A DNA stretch of 64,000 nucleotides from Candidatus Hydrogenedens sp. (GCA_049968235.1 JBMFRC010000001.1:288001-352000), one strand, 5' to 3'; numbered from the stretch's first letter, positions 19,366-30,872 are shown. Made by a program: numbers and translations. Notes: generated from the letters alone by a model not told the origin.

Positions 19366-20964
19366 TCAGGATTTCCGTTGATACAGAGTAATACTCAACC
19401 CCCAATAAGAAACGACTTCTGTTCTTTGCCAGTTCTCTTCAAGATATTTTCGGAGAGGTTCGGTATGAGGCTTATATTCAAATGTTAATCCATGCGTTTC
19501 AAGAAACCATAACCGTTGATACTTTTTTGTTGCCTGTGCTATGGGGACAGGCAACACTCCATGATAAGCAAGTAACGTGGGATTTCCAAAAGTATCGATG
19601 TGAACCTGAACGTCAATGGCACTCATGCCTACTCTACATTGAGGGTATCCTCCCAAATAGTGTCTCATCGAAGGAGCCATAAAATGACTGGGATAAATTA
19701 TAATGTCCCCTTCCTGATAATGATTACGAATCCAATTTGCAGAACTACGGAAATCCACTTTATCATACACACCCAAACGATGCATCTCGTTAGGGTGCAG
19801 TTTCAAGTGATAGTAATCGTTAATGCAGATAGCCGTGAGTAAACCGAACACAATTAAAATCAGAAATCGCGTTGGATAAAATTTTATTCCGTGGATACCT
19901 TGTGCAACTGCAAATAAAGATACAACCCCTGAAAAGATAAATAGCCGATGTTCATAAAACGAGAAATGGCGTGTTCCCCAGATGAATACATTGGCAAATA
20001 TAGGCAACAGACTCATCAAAAATACATAAAGACCATTTTCAGGTTGTCTTCGATAGCACCATAGTCCCCATATAAAAAGGAGTATGGATAGAACAAATAA
20101 AGACCAATAAACACTGCTATTGGAAGTATAGCCTGCAAAGAAGTTTTTCCATGTTATTAATCCGGTCTTTATCGTCGGATTGGGATACCATACATAACGA
20201 ATATTCGATACTATCTCGTGAAAATACCATGCAAGATATAATGCCGGTAGAACTAATATTCCCGCTATAAAATTCGTCCAGAACCACTTGCGAAACAAAT
20301 CTCGCCTGCCTAAGCCCATTAGTATTAAAAGGAATATATTCGTTAGAAAAATCGACCAGACACTAAAATAGTGAGAATACATTAGCAGAACAAAACTGCC
20401 TCCTAATCCCAACCAGTTTTCCCACCGATTATTGGATAAAATGCGGAGTAGAAATAATAAACTTAAAAGATTTAATAGAACATAAAAGGAATAGATACGC
20501 AATTCTTGAGCATAATAAATCTGAAAAGGGGAAATGACAAAAAGGAGTGTGGCGACAAGAATTGTGAAAGGTCTGTCCAACATCCGTTTTGCCACCTGAT
20601 AAAAAACTATAATAGATAAAATGCTCCAGAAACAGGGCAACAATCGCCATGCAAAATCATCCCAGATAGAATACTGTTCCCAGAAACGGATACTGTTCAA
20701 TATCCTACCCCATAAAAAGGTTAGTAATGGATTTATCGGCGGTTCATTATTGAACAAAGGGGAGAGAAATGACCCTTTCCAATCTACCAGTTTACTTAAC
20801 TCTATGGAAGCACATTCATCATACCAGAGACTTAACGAACCCAGATGAAACAATCGGAGTAGAATTCCTGCAGGTAGCAAAACTCCCCAGAAAAGATACT
20901 CCATAATCCTCTTTTTAAACTTTTCAAGTTGTTCTTGCTTCTTTTCCTCTTCAGTTTGAACCAT
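19366..20964 (-). CDS. GT-C family (ArnT/PMT-like) membrane glycosyltransferase
   Basis: 532-aa polytopic membrane protein with the N-terminal motif ...SLWYDECASIEL typical of GT39/GT83-like enzymes. Confidence 0.55.
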   Translation of the reverse strand: MVQTEEEKKQEQLEKFKKRIMEYLFWGVLLPAGILLRLFHLGSLSLWYDECASIELSKLVDWKGSFLSPLFNNEPPINPLLTFLWGRILNSIRFWEQYSIWDDFAWRLLPCFWSILSIIVFYQVAKRMLDRPFTILVATLLFVISPFQIYYAQELRIYSFYVLLNLLSLLFLLRILSNNRWENWLGLGGSFVLLMYSHYFSVWSIFLTNIFLLILMGLGRRDLFRKWFWTNFIAGILVLPALYLAWYFHEIVSNIRYVWYPNPTIKTGLITWKNFFAGYTSNSSVYWSLFVLSILLFIWGLWCYRRQPENGLYVFLMSLLPIFANVFIWGTRHFSFYEHRLFIFSGVVSLFAVAQGIHGIKFYPTRFLILIVFGLLTAICINDYYHLKLHPNEMHRLGVYDKVDFRSSANWIRNHYQEGDIIIYPSHFMAPSMRHYLGGYPQCRVGMSAIDVQVHIDTFGNPTLLAYHGVLPVPIAQATKKYQRLWFLETHGLTFEYKPHTEPLRKYLEENWQRTEVVSYWGLSITLYQRKS

Positions 20965-21069
20965 ATCCTTTTACTCTAAGGGGAATTTGTTCCATTGTTC
21001 TTATTCTATTATTAGGTATAATTTACCTGTAAGAATATCCGAAAATCAAAATAATAAAGTTTATAATCT

Positions 21070-21948
21070 ATGTCCACAAACTTACCACAAATAAAACCAT
21101 GTCCCTGCTACATAGGGGTTTCGGGTTGGGCATATAAAGATTGGAAAAAGACCGTATATTCAGAGAATCAAACCCTGAATATCCATCCCATACGATACCT
21201 TGCTCAATGGATAAATTGTATAGAAGTAAATGTTACCCACTACCAGCCCATACCTGCAATACGAGTACAATCCTGGGTAGAACAGGTTATTGATAATCCC
21301 TCCTTTTTATTTACAGTTAAAATCTGGAAACGGTTTACACACGAGGATAAAAGAAATATAGATATCGAAGATGTAAAACTTTTTATAAACTCTATTGAAC
21401 CTATTGTGGAAACGAACAAATTAGGTTGCTTACTTATTCAGTTTCCTCAGCGATTTCATCGCACACCAGAAAATAGAAGATATCTTACAGAATTAACCAA
21501 TATTTTTACTCCTTTACCTCTATGTATCGAATTTCGGCATAAATCCTGGTTGCATATTCAAACCTTAGAATCGTTCCGTGAAAGAGGGCTTGCCTTTTGC
21601 AATATTGACCAACCCTTGCCAGACCCGAATTGCCTACCTCCTACGGAAGAAGTTACCGCAGATTTCGCATATATACGATTCCATGGGAGAAATATAAAAA
21701 ATTGGTTTTCGGGAAAATCCAATCGCGATGAAAGATATAACTATCTTTACTCCGAATCGGAATTAGAACCATGGGTGGAAAGTATCCAGAGAATGCGTAA
21801 CAAGGCACAACGCATTTTTGTATTAATGAATAATCATTTTGCGGGCAAAGCCCTGATTAATGCGATACAACTCCGAAAAAAACTTGGATATTCTGTGGAC
21901 ACTCCACTTCCCTATGAACTTCAGCGAGTTATAACCGAACATAAATAA
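21070..21948 (+). CDS. DUF72 (YecE-like) family protein
   Basis: YIGVSGWAYKDWKKTVY...QFPQRFHRTPENRRYL matches the DUF72 pattern. Confidence 0.65.
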   Translation: MSTNLPQIKPCPCYIGVSGWAYKDWKKTVYSENQTLNIHPIRYLAQWINCIEVNVTHYQPIPAIRVQSWVEQVIDNPSFLFTVKIWKRFTHEDKRNIDIEDVKLFINSIEPIVETNKLGCLLIQFPQRFHRTPENRRYLTELTNIFTPLPLCIEFRHKSWLHIQTLESFRERGLAFCNIDQPLPDPNCLPPTEEVTADFAYIRFHGRNIKNWFSGKSNRDERYNYLYSESELEPWVESIQRMRNKAQRIFVLMNNHFAGKALINAIQLRKKLGYSVDTPLPYELQRVITEHK

Positions 21949-22086
21949 TGAATCTTTCGAACACATCCTACTTTTTTCGTGAGATACCCCTTTTATCTAA
22001 AAGTAAATCGTTGGAAATTATATAAATTATGAATAAAGACGGTACCTATTTTTGTTTTTGATATAATAAAATAGTAAAGGATTGAT

Positions 22087-24189
22087 ATGATTGAAAGCAG
22101 GTCGTCTTTTATACCTATAGAGATAGAACGACAATTTCTTTCTTTAGTGCAACTCCTGCATAGCAACGGGATTGGTGCAGAAGGTATTGTCCAGGTCCGG
22201 AAAGCGTTTGAATTAGCGGTATGGGCACATCAAGGGCAGGAACGTGCCTCCGGAGAGCCTTATATCACTCACCCCATAGAAGTAGCCCGATTGTTAGCAG
22301 AAATCAAACTTGACTCCATGACCATTATGGCGGGGCTCCTGCACGATGTTATAGAGGATAAACAAGTGTCACGAGAACTTCTTGAAAAAGAAGTGGGGAA
22401 AGTAGTCCTCCAGATTGTTGAAGGGGTTACCAAAGTATCCAAACAACAAATGAAGGCAACTGTTAAAGAAAATGAGGATACGCGAAAATTAGAAACCCTG
22501 CGAAAACTCTTTCTAATCGCTGTAAAAGATGTCCGTGCCTTACTGGTAAAATTGGCAGACCGTCTCCATAATATGAGAACAATCAAATACCTACCGCGGG
22601 AATCTCAAGAACGAATTTCTCGTGAAACGTTAAATATATATGCACCCATAGCCCACCGTTTAGGAATTTATCGATGGAAAATGGAATTAGAAGACCTTGC
22701 TTTTAAAGTTCTACTACCCACCGAATACAAGTGTCTGGCTTCCCGTATTGCAAGGAAAAAAGATGAACGAGAAAATGAAATCAAGAACATCATTACTTAT
22801 CTGGAGAACGAACTGAAAAATATTGGTATCCCGGCACGGATTTTAGGGAGACCCAAACATTTGTATAGTATTTACCTGAAAATGCAAAGGCAACAAATCC
22901 CTCTCGAACGAATTATGGACCTGTATGCAATACGGATTGTTGTCAATACCATCGAAGAATGTTACCGTGTGCTGGATATAGCACATCGACTGGGGAATCT
23001 TATTCCGGAGCGGTTCCGTGATAATATTCGCAAACCGAGAAGTAATGGCTATCGTTCTTTGCATACTACTGTTTTTATACCTAAAAAATATCCTCTGGAA
23101 ATTCAAATTCGAACCGAAGAAATGGACCAGGAAGCGGAATTTGGAATTGCAGCTCACTGGTTCTATAAAGAAGGTGGTGGAATAGATGATTCGCTTATGC
23201 AGAAGCGGATTGAATGGCTTCGTTCTATGGTTTCAGAACTATCTGCTCCAGGCGGTTCTTCATTCACAGCACAGGATATTCAGGATGACCTGAAAATATC
23301 CGAAATTTATATATATACGCCCAAAGGGGATGTCTTCGAATTACCTTCAAATGCCACTGTGCTGGACTTCGCATATACAATTCACACCGAAATTGGTCAC
23401 CATTGCATCGGAGCCCGTGTAAATGATAAGTATGTTCCGATAACAACCCAACTTAATACAGGTGACCGTGTTGAAATCTTGACCTCGCCGAAACAGGAAC
23501 CTCATCTGGATTGGTTAAAAATTATCACTATCGGGAAAGCACGAAATAAGATTCGGCATCACCTCCGGGAAAAGGGTATTCTACCGAAAGAGGAAGAAAC
23601 GGAAATGCCCTCTCGAAAAGAGGAGAAAAACGACGAGCGTGCAGGAAATGTCCAGACAAACAATTCCTCTCTCCCTTACCTTTCCGCATTAACAAAAATA
23701 GAATATGTTGGAGATAATAAGGAATTTGAAAAAGAACGGTATCTAAGTATACGTATCGATGGACAAAAGAATATTACTGTCCATTTTAGTCGATGCTGCA
23801 ATCCTCTTCCCGGTGATGATGTGGTTGGTTATTCTACATTAAAAGGAACCATTACAGTTCACAAAAAGGACTGCAAAATATTTAACAGTGCCTATCGTGA
23901 CCCTTCACGAATACATAAAGCTCGATGGGAAATTGATAACATTACTCACATTACTGTGCAGGTACTGGCTCGCCCATCCTCTACCGTTATTCAGGAATTA
24001 ACTTCATTACTCATAGAGAATAAAGTTCCGGTTATCTCTGCTCACTACAATTTCTTGCGGAAAGGTTTGATTAAATTTGAGTTTACACAGAAATCCATTT
24101 TTTCAGGAAATCCAAAATCTTTCGATTTGCTCATGCGTTCCATCCGTTCTATTGAAGGTGTGTTAGAAGTTCATCGCAAAACAAAATAA
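22087..24189 (+). CDS. bifunctional (p)ppGpp synthetase/hydrolase (RelA/SpoT family)
   Basis: HD hydrolase motif HDVIED, a synthetase domain (YRSLHTTV), then TGS and C-terminal ACT-like regions, in 700 aa. Confidence 0.85.
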   Translation: MIESRSSFIPIEIERQFLSLVQLLHSNGIGAEGIVQVRKAFELAVWAHQGQERASGEPYITHPIEVARLLAEIKLDSMTIMAGLLHDVIEDKQVSRELLEKEVGKVVLQIVEGVTKVSKQQMKATVKENEDTRKLETLRKLFLIAVKDVRALLVKLADRLHNMRTIKYLPRESQERISRETLNIYAPIAHRLGIYRWKMELEDLAFKVLLPTEYKCLASRIARKKDERENEIKNIITYLENELKNIGIPARILGRPKHLYSIYLKMQRQQIPLERIMDLYAIRIVVNTIEECYRVLDIAHRLGNLIPERFRDNIRKPRSNGYRSLHTTVFIPKKYPLEIQIRTEEMDQEAEFGIAAHWFYKEGGGIDDSLMQKRIEWLRSMVSELSAPGGSSFTAQDIQDDLKISEIYIYTPKGDVFELPSNATVLDFAYTIHTEIGHHCIGARVNDKYVPITTQLNTGDRVEILTSPKQEPHLDWLKIITIGKARNKIRHHLREKGILPKEEETEMPSRKEEKNDERAGNVQTNNSSLPYLSALTKIEYVGDNKEFEKERYLSIRIDGQKNITVHFSRCCNPLPGDDVVGYSTLKGTITVHKKDCKIFNSAYRDPSRIHKARWEIDNITHITVQVLARPSSTVIQELTSLLIENKVPVISAHYNFLRKGLIKFEFTQKSIFSGNPKSFDLLMRSIRSIEGVLEVHRKTK

Positions 24190-24337
24190 AATTCCTGAAA
24201 GAATATCCTCTTTCTCTTCTGAATGGTAGTTCCGGCATTCAGGTAATACTCCACTCTCCACCTATATTTCTTTTTCCTGCACCTTCTCTTGTATATACTA
24301 TCCCTGATAGAAATTACGACCTTATGTATACAAGCAA

Positions 24338-24946
24338 CTAAGAAATAATTCCCTGTTGAGTAAGGTAAATAAGTAAAAAGTTGATGGCTTGTTCTACGGT
24401 ACACTGTCCCGTATCTATTATAATTTCCGGATTTTCGGGTTCTTCATACGGGGCGGATATCCCTGTAAACTCCGGAATCTCACCCTTTTTAGCTTTTTTA
24501 TAAAGACCTTTAGGGTCTCGCTGTTCACATATATCAATATCACATTTAACATAAACTTCGATAAAATTTTTTGGATTTAGTTTGCGAGCCTTTTCGCGAT
24601 CACTACGATAGGGAGAAATAAAGGCTGTCATCACAATAAGCCCTGCATCCGCAAATAATTTTGCTACCTCACCAATACGACGAATATTCTCCTCTCTGTC
24701 CTGAGGTGAAAACCCCAAATCTTTATTTAATCCATGTCGTATATTATCACCATCTAAAACATAAGTTTTGCATCCTTTCTCAAATAAGGCATTTTCAAGA
24801 GCATGAGCAAGGGTTGATTTTCCCGATGCAGAAAGCCCTGTAAACCATATTACTGCTCCCTGATGTCCATTTGCCCGTTCACGGTCTTCCCGTTTAATAT
24901 CGCCTTGATGCCATGTAATATTGGTTGCCTTTATAATTTCTTCCAC
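24338..24946 (-). CDS. cysC: adenylyl-sulfate kinase
   Basis: [19 protein letters not shown]-loop, [16 protein letters not shown] and ISPYRSDRE are APS kinase hallmarks. Confidence 0.85.
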   Translation of the reverse strand: MEEIIKATNITWHQGDIKREDRERANGHQGAVIWFTGLSASGKSTLAHALENALFEKGCKTYVLDGDNIRHGLNKDLGFSPQDREENIRRIGEVAKLFADAGLIVMTAFISPYRSDREKARKLNPKNFIEVYVKCDIDICEQRDPKGLYKKAKKGEIPEFTGISAPYEEPENPEIIIDTGQCTVEQAINFLLIYLTQQGIIS

Positions 24947-25029
24947 AATACCTTTCCTTAATTTTTAATGTTGCGTGAACAATTATTAATAATCAGTTTT
25001 CTTTTTACAAAAGACCTGTTTGATATAGA

Positions 25030-26562
25030 TTATCTAGTTTCCTGGGGTAGAAAATACTTCTTGATAAGGTCTAAATCTATATTGGGATACACAGGATATT
25101 GTTGTAATAATTCCAATACTCTTGCCTTTTGCTTTTTCTGGATAGAAGCGTCTAATACAAAATTCTTCCTGGAAGGTTTTCCTGCATTGGGTCCTTCACT
25201 TAGAATTTCTGGTTTTGTTTCATCTAAAACATCTTTAATAATTGATGCTATTTCTTTCATTTCTACTCCACCCATGCCCAGAGTGGTTACCGCGGGAGTT
25301 CCCAATCGGAGTCCACTTGTAATTAAAGGTCCATTAGGGTCAAAGGGCAAGGAATTGAAATTAAGTGTAATACCACATGCTCGTAATGCCCCTGCGGCTT
25401 GTCTGCCCGTTAAACCGTGACTTTCCTGAACATTTAACAACATCAAATGATTATCTGTTCCTCCTGTTGCAACTACCAATCCTTCACTTTTCAGAGATTC
25501 CGCCAGCATCTGTGCATTACGAACAATCTGCCTCGCATAATCACAAAATTCAGGGCGGTTTGCTTCTGTAAAAGCAACTGCTTTGGCAGAAAGAACATGA
25601 GGTAAAGGACCTCCTAAAACTAATGGACAACCTTTATCTACAAACTCAGCAAATTCTTTCTTGCAAAGAACAATCCCACCCCGGGGACCGCGCAGAGTTT
25701 TATGCGTGGTGGATGTAACAATATGAGCATGAGCCACCGGGTCATATTCCCCTTGAAATACTTTACCCGCTACCAGCCCTGCGAAGTGAGCCATATCTAC
25801 CATCAAAACAGCACCTACTTTATCGGCAATCTCACGAAGGCATGCAAAATTAATTTTGCGAGGATAAGCACTATAACCTGCCAGTAAAATGAGCGGTTTT
25901 ATTTCTTGAGCCATTCTCTCTATCTCGGTATAATCTAATAAACCGGTATCCCGACGAACGGTATAAGAATACGCATCGAACATTTTTCCTGAAATATTTC
26001 GACGGTAACCATGTGTAAGATGACCACCGGAATAATAATCCATTCCTAATAATCGCTGGTTACCCATCTTTTCACGAATTTTTTGCCATTGTTCTTGTGT
26101 AACTTTCGATGGGTCTTTTATATCCAGTTGTTCCAATTCCGGTGTTTCAATTTTCGCAGATAAAATTGCCCAATAAGCAACTAAATTGGCATCTGCACCA
26201 CTGTGAGGCTGGACATAGGCATGCTCTGCGTCAAATAATTTCTTCGCCTGTTCGCAAGCAATTGCTTCAATTGAATCTACATTTCCACAACCTTCGTAAA
26301 ACCGTTGATACGGTATTCCTTCTGCATATTTATCAGTCAATAGATTTGCCATTGCAAACTGCGTTGACAAAGAACAATAATTTTCACTTGCAATCAATTT
26401 TAGATAACTTCGCTGATCTATCAATTCCTGCACGATCCCTGTGGACACTTGAGGAGATACTTTGGCTACTTCTGCTAAATTACATAAGTAGCCTAAAAAT
26501 CCCGAATCCAGTTTGTCCGGCGGAGTAGAACCAATATACTCAATAATAGACGGGTGTATCAT
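25030..26562 (-). CDS. glyA: serine hydroxymethyltransferase (long form with N- and C-terminal extensions)
   Basis: LIASENY...KYAEG...THKTLRGPRGG PLP-lysine motif. The 510-aa ORF is about 90 aa longer than canonical GlyA, so the real start may be internal. Confidence 0.85.
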   Translation of the reverse strand: MIHPSIIEYIGSTPPDKLDSGFLGYLCNLAEVAKVSPQVSTGIVQELIDQRSYLKLIASENYCSLSTQFAMANLLTDKYAEGIPYQRFYEGCGNVDSIEAIACEQAKKLFDAEHAYVQPHSGADANLVAYWAILSAKIETPELEQLDIKDPSKVTQEQWQKIREKMGNQRLLGMDYYSGGHLTHGYRRNISGKMFDAYSYTVRRDTGLLDYTEIERMAQEIKPLILLAGYSAYPRKINFACLREIADKVGAVLMVDMAHFAGLVAGKVFQGEYDPVAHAHIVTSTTHKTLRGPRGGIVLCKKEFAEFVDKGCPLVLGGPLPHVLSAKAVAFTEANRPEFCDYARQIVRNAQMLAESLKSEGLVVATGGTDNHLMLLNVQESHGLTGRQAAGALRACGITLNFNSLPFDPNGPLITSGLRLGTPAVTTLGMGGVEMKEIASIIKDVLDETKPEILSEGPNAGKPSRKNFVLDASIQKKQKARVLELLQQYPVYPNIDLDLIKKYFLPQETR

Positions 26563-26616
26563 GATCAGCTCCTTAAATAAAGAAATTATATGTTTATTGA
26601 AATAATATGTTCTATA

Positions 26617-28503
26617 TTATTCAAAATTCATGATGTAACTGTAAACTCCTTCATGGAGTTGTGATTCTACTTTCAGACCACTCCGTTCAAATACCGCCTG
26701 CATAGGTTTGTTCTCACGCAGAACTTCGGCTGTAAACCCTGCAATACCATTACGACGGGCTATATTTATCAAATGACGGAAAAGGAAAGAACCAATTCCC
26801 CGGTTTTGCCATTCATCCTGAACAACGAACGCTACCTCTGCACGGTTCGTTTTCGGATTTAAGTAATAACCACCCATTGCAACAATTTCTTCTCCATCTG
26901 GATCGGGAACTGTGGCTACAATGGATACTTCATTACGATGGTCAATATACACAAATTCCTGAACCTGTTTGCGAGGGACCCATTTCATACGGCTCATAAA
27001 ACGTTTATATAGGGATTCCTGCGATAGAGAATAAAACAGTTCACGTATACGCGGTTCATCGGTTGGGTGTATAGCACGAATTGTTACGGAAGTTCCATCA
27101 TCACAAATATAAGTAGTGCGGATGTCCCTCGGACCTATTACAATCTTATTCTTAAAGTCTGTAAGTTCAGGACGAATATATTTTGATTCGATTGCTTCCA
27201 TTAATAACTTTTCGCGGAATTTTGGATGTGCAATACTAATAAGAGCCAGAGCGCGTTCCTGAACATTTTTCCCATGTAAATAGGCAACACCATATTCGGT
27301 GACAACATAATGGACATCGCCTCGGGTCGTTACAACTCCGGCACCTTCACTCAAATGACAAACAATTCGCGATACCTCTCCATTATGTGCAGTAGATGGT
27401 AAAGCAATTATGGTTTTTCCTCCATTAGAGCGAGCCGCTCCACGATTAAAATCAACCTGCCCACCAATACCGGAGTAGAATTTAGATCCCATGGAATCGG
27501 CACATACCTGCCCTGTTAAATCTACTTCTAAAGCAACATTAATAGCCACCATCTTGTTTTGTTGCGAGATAACAAACGGGTCGTTTACATATTCTGTCGG
27601 ATAGAAAGAAAATTGGGGATTGTTATGCAAATACTCATAAAGTTTTTTGGTTCCCATAGCAAAACTTGCAACGATTTTACCGCGGTCCAATGTTTTCCGT
27701 TTCCCGGTAATAATCCCTTTTTCTATAGGCTCTATAATCGAATCGGTTAACATCTCGGTGTGTATTCCCAAATCCTTTTTATCTTCTAAGAATTGAATTA
27801 CAGCCTGGGGAATACGGCCTATCCCCAATTCCAGAGTGGCACCGTCCTCTATCAAACCTGCAATGTATTGCCCTATCTCACGGGTAACATCATCCGGCTC
27901 GGCTATGGGAAATTCAATTAGCGGTTCATCCACAGGAACGAGATAATCAATATCATGTACATGGATAAAACAATCGCCCATTGTTCTGGGCATCTGCGGA
28001 TTTACCTCTGCAATAACCAATCGTGAATTTTCCGCTGCACTTTTCACGATATCCACAGAAATTCCTAAACTGCACATACCATCTTCATCCGGAGGAGAGA
28101 CCTGAATAAGTGCTGCATCCAGGGGTAACTGTCCTGTTTTAAATAAACGAGGAATATCGGATAAAAATATGGGGGTATAACCGCCTAACCCTTCCTGAAT
28201 AATATGACGGACATTCTGAGCAATGAAAAAACTATTTACCGTAAAATGATTAATCAAGTCTTTCTGGGCGTAGGGAGCATCCCCTAAAGTTAGCAAGTGC
28301 ACAATTTCTATATCTGCCAGGTCTGCATGCCTTGCTACCAATGCATCTACTAACCGTTGAGGTTGGGCACAACCCGTCCCAATAAAAACGCGGAAACCCG
28401 GTTGAATGCGAATTACCGCTTCCTGAGAGCTTACTACCATATCGGAATATTTTTCTTCCCAATTCGGGTCAAAATTCATTTCTTTTTTGGATATATCACT
28501 CAT
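26617..28503 (-). CDS. acetyl-CoA hydrolase/transferase family domain fused to C-terminal GNAT N-acetyltransferase
   Basis: The N-terminal ~430 aa resemble the Cat1/Ach1 family of CoA-transferases. The C-terminal ~190 aa carry the GNAT motif QNRGIGSFLFRHLINIARRNG. Confidence 0.65.
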   Translation of the reverse strand: MSDISKKEMNFDPNWEEKYSDMVVSSQEAVIRIQPGFRVFIGTGCAQPQRLVDALVARHADLADIEIVHLLTLGDAPYAQKDLINHFTVNSFFIAQNVRHIIQEGLGGYTPIFLSDIPRLFKTGQLPLDAALIQVSPPDEDGMCSLGISVDIVKSAAENSRLVIAEVNPQMPRTMGDCFIHVHDIDYLVPVDEPLIEFPIAEPDDVTREIGQYIAGLIEDGATLELGIGRIPQAVIQFLEDKKDLGIHTEMLTDSIIEPIEKGIITGKRKTLDRGKIVASFAMGTKKLYEYLHNNPQFSFYPTEYVNDPFVISQQNKMVAINVALEVDLTGQVCADSMGSKFYSGIGGQVDFNRGAARSNGGKTIIALPSTAHNGEVSRIVCHLSEGAGVVTTRGDVHYVVTEYGVAYLHGKNVQERALALISIAHPKFREKLLMEAIESKYIRPELTDFKNKIVIGPRDIRTTYICDDGTSVTIRAIHPTDEPRIRELFYSLSQESLYKRFMSRMKWVPRKQVQEFVYIDHRNEVSIVATVPDPDGEEIVAMGGYYLNPKTNRAEVAFVVQDEWQNRGIGSFLFRHLINIARRNGIAGFTAEVLRENKPMQAVFERSGLKVESQLHEGVYSYIMNFE

Positions 28504-30604
28504 GGCTTGTTTTAAGACCTCCTAATATCATTCGTGCATCCGCCACTGTTGGTGGAGTTCCTACTTCGCCAACAATAAACGGGTTAATATCAATTTCATG
28601 AATACCGGGGAATTCTGTGGCTAATTGACTCATTTTTTGTAGAGCCTGGGCTATCGCATGGACATCCACCGCAGATTGTCCTCGGGTTCCTTTTAATAAT
28701 GCATAAGAACGAGTTCCCACAAGCATCTGTAAGGCTTCTTCCTCTGTTATTGGGGCAAGATAAAAACTAACATCTTTCATCACTTCTACAAAAATACCGC
28801 CCAGTCCAAACATCAACATAGGACCAAATTGTGGGTCGCGATGCATCCCTAAAATTACCTCTCGACCCTGTTTTGCCATCTTTTCCACATAAATACCCTG
28901 AATTTTTGCATTTGGCATTTTACGGATTACGCGGAGCATCATTAAGTCGAAGGCATCGCGCACTTGAGAAGGATTGGATAGGTTTAAACGAACACCTCCG
29001 ATATCAGACTTATGGATAATATCCGGTGAAACGATTTTCATAGCCACTGGATAGCCAATTCGGTCTGCAATGGTTACTGCCTCTTCATCTGTTCGAGCCA
29101 ATGCCCCTGGTGGGACATAAAAATCATACGCCTGCAAAATCTCTTTTGCATCTACTTCGTTGATAAAGGTTCTTCCTTCTCGCATCTGACGACGAATAAT
29201 CCGTTCTATTCTTCTGCGGTTTACCGGAAAACGCATCACAACCCGCGGAGGTCTACGCCTCCATGCGGAATAATCACACATTGCTTTCAATGCATATACT
29301 GCCCGTTCCGGGGACGGGTAATCCGGGAGATTTGCTAACACCAATTCATCCCGCGCCGGCATAACATCCGCTCCACCCATGAATGCTGCCAGAACAGGTT
29401 TATTCCCCCGCAAATTTTTAATAATGGCTCGGGCTGTTTCTGCAGGCTGAGTCATGGCTTGTGGAGTTAATATAACAATTACAGAATCAATTGTATCATC
29501 ATCCAAAGCCGCATTTAGAGCCATAGCATAGCGTTCCGGGTCGGCATCCCCCAATACATCGATTGGATTTGCAACACTCGCCGCAGGAGGCAACTTTTGT
29601 TTCAGTGCAGAGGATATTTCTGTTTGCAATGGTTTGACTTGTAAACCCGAGTTTTCTACAGCATCTGCTGCCATAATACCGGGACCACCTGCATTGGTTA
29701 TCACCGCAACACGATTTCCCTTAGGTAAAGGTTGCATCGCTAACGCAGAAGCGTAGTCAAATAAGGATTCGAAGGTCTCTGCTCGAATAACCCCTGATCT
29801 ACGAAATGCAGCTCCATATGCAATATCTTCCCCTGCAAGACTACCCGTATGCGATGATGCGGCTCGACTACCTGCCTGTGTCGTCCCTACTTTCAAAATA
29901 ACTACCGGTTTTATCGATGCTACTTGTTCCGCTATTTTTATAAATTCTTCTCCACGCACAATATTTTCCAGATAACACGCAATAACTCTTGTTTGTTCAT
30001 CTTCACCCAACATTTGTAACAAATCAATTTCGGATATATCCGCTTTATTCCCAATGCTAATCAACTTAGCCAGACCTACACCACGACCTACAGACCAGTC
30101 CAAAATGGCTGTGCATAAGGCCCCTGATTGCGATATTACAGAGATGGAACCTTTACGAGGCATCTGGGTGGCAAAGGAAGCATTCATATTGTTCTCTGTG
30201 TTAATAATCCCCAAACAGTTCGGACCTAACAATCTCATGTGATGTTCTTTACAATACTGGGCTATTTCCTTCTCCAATAAAGCACCTTCAGGTCCTACCT
30301 CCTTAAAACCCGCAGTAATAACGCAAACGGATTTTGCTCCTGCCTGAAATGATTCTTCCAATGCGGATTTCACCAATTTGTTGGGAACTACAATAATAGC
30401 AAAATCAATGGGAATACCTGCATCTTTAGGCGTCTTGTAACATTTTAAACCTAATACTTCATCTGCGGAAGGATTTACGGGAATTACTTTCCCAGCAAAA
30501 CCGGAGGAAATTAAATTGTTTAATATGGAATATCCTACTTTGCCCGGGGTCCTTGATGCCCCAATTATTGCAATACTTTTAGGTCTTATAAGTGTTTCAA
30601 GCAT
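28496..30604 (-). CDS. ADP-forming acetyl-CoA synthetase (acetate--CoA ligase, NDP-forming; fused alpha/beta)
   Basis: CoA-binding N-terminus (SIAIIGASRTPGKVGYSIL), a succinyl-CoA-synthetase-like flavodoxin domain and a C-terminal ATP-grasp. It overlaps the downstream gene by 8 nt. Confidence 0.75.
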   Translation of the reverse strand: MLETLIRPKSIAIIGASRTPGKVGYSILNNLISSGFAGKVIPVNPSADEVLGLKCYKTPKDAGIPIDFAIIVVPNKLVKSALEESFQAGAKSVCVITAGFKEVGPEGALLEKEIAQYCKEHHMRLLGPNCLGIINTENNMNASFATQMPRKGSISVISQSGALCTAILDWSVGRGVGLAKLISIGNKADISEIDLLQMLGEDEQTRVIACYLENIVRGEEFIKIAEQVASIKPVVILKVGTTQAGSRAASSHTGSLAGEDIAYGAAFRRSGVIRAETFESLFDYASALAMQPLPKGNRVAVITNAGGPGIMAADAVENSGLQVKPLQTEISSALKQKLPPAASVANPIDVLGDADPERYAMALNAALDDDTIDSVIVILTPQAMTQPAETARAIIKNLRGNKPVLAAFMGGADVMPARDELVLANLPDYPSPERAVYALKAMCDYSAWRRRPPRVVMRFPVNRRRIERIIRRQMREGRTFINEVDAKEILQAYDFYVPPGALARTDEEAVTIADRIGYPVAMKIVSPDIIHKSDIGGVRLNLSNPSQVRDAFDLMMLRVIRKMPNAKIQGIYVEKMAKQGREVILGMHRDPQFGPMLMFGLGGIFVEVMKDVSFYLAPITEEEALQMLVGTRSYALLKGTRGQSAVDVHAIAQALQKMSQLATEFPGIHEIDINPFIVGEVGTPPTVADARMILGGLKTSHE

Positions 30605-30872
30605 AAAAAATCCCTAATCTATAAAAATAATTCTTGTTATTTTGTTTGCCTTTCTGGAACAAAATTGACATTCCAATAATTTTAGAAAAATTGGAATTTT
30701 TATAATATTATATTCCTTTTCCAGACCTCATTTCCATATAACATATTGTCTTATAAAAAGTAGAAATCAAACCCATATAAAAAACTCTACATAAACTACC
30801 ACACATAAAAGACGCACAATAATTATAAGGCTTTCACTTGGGTTGAGTAACTACATAATATTCTCAGTTAAA

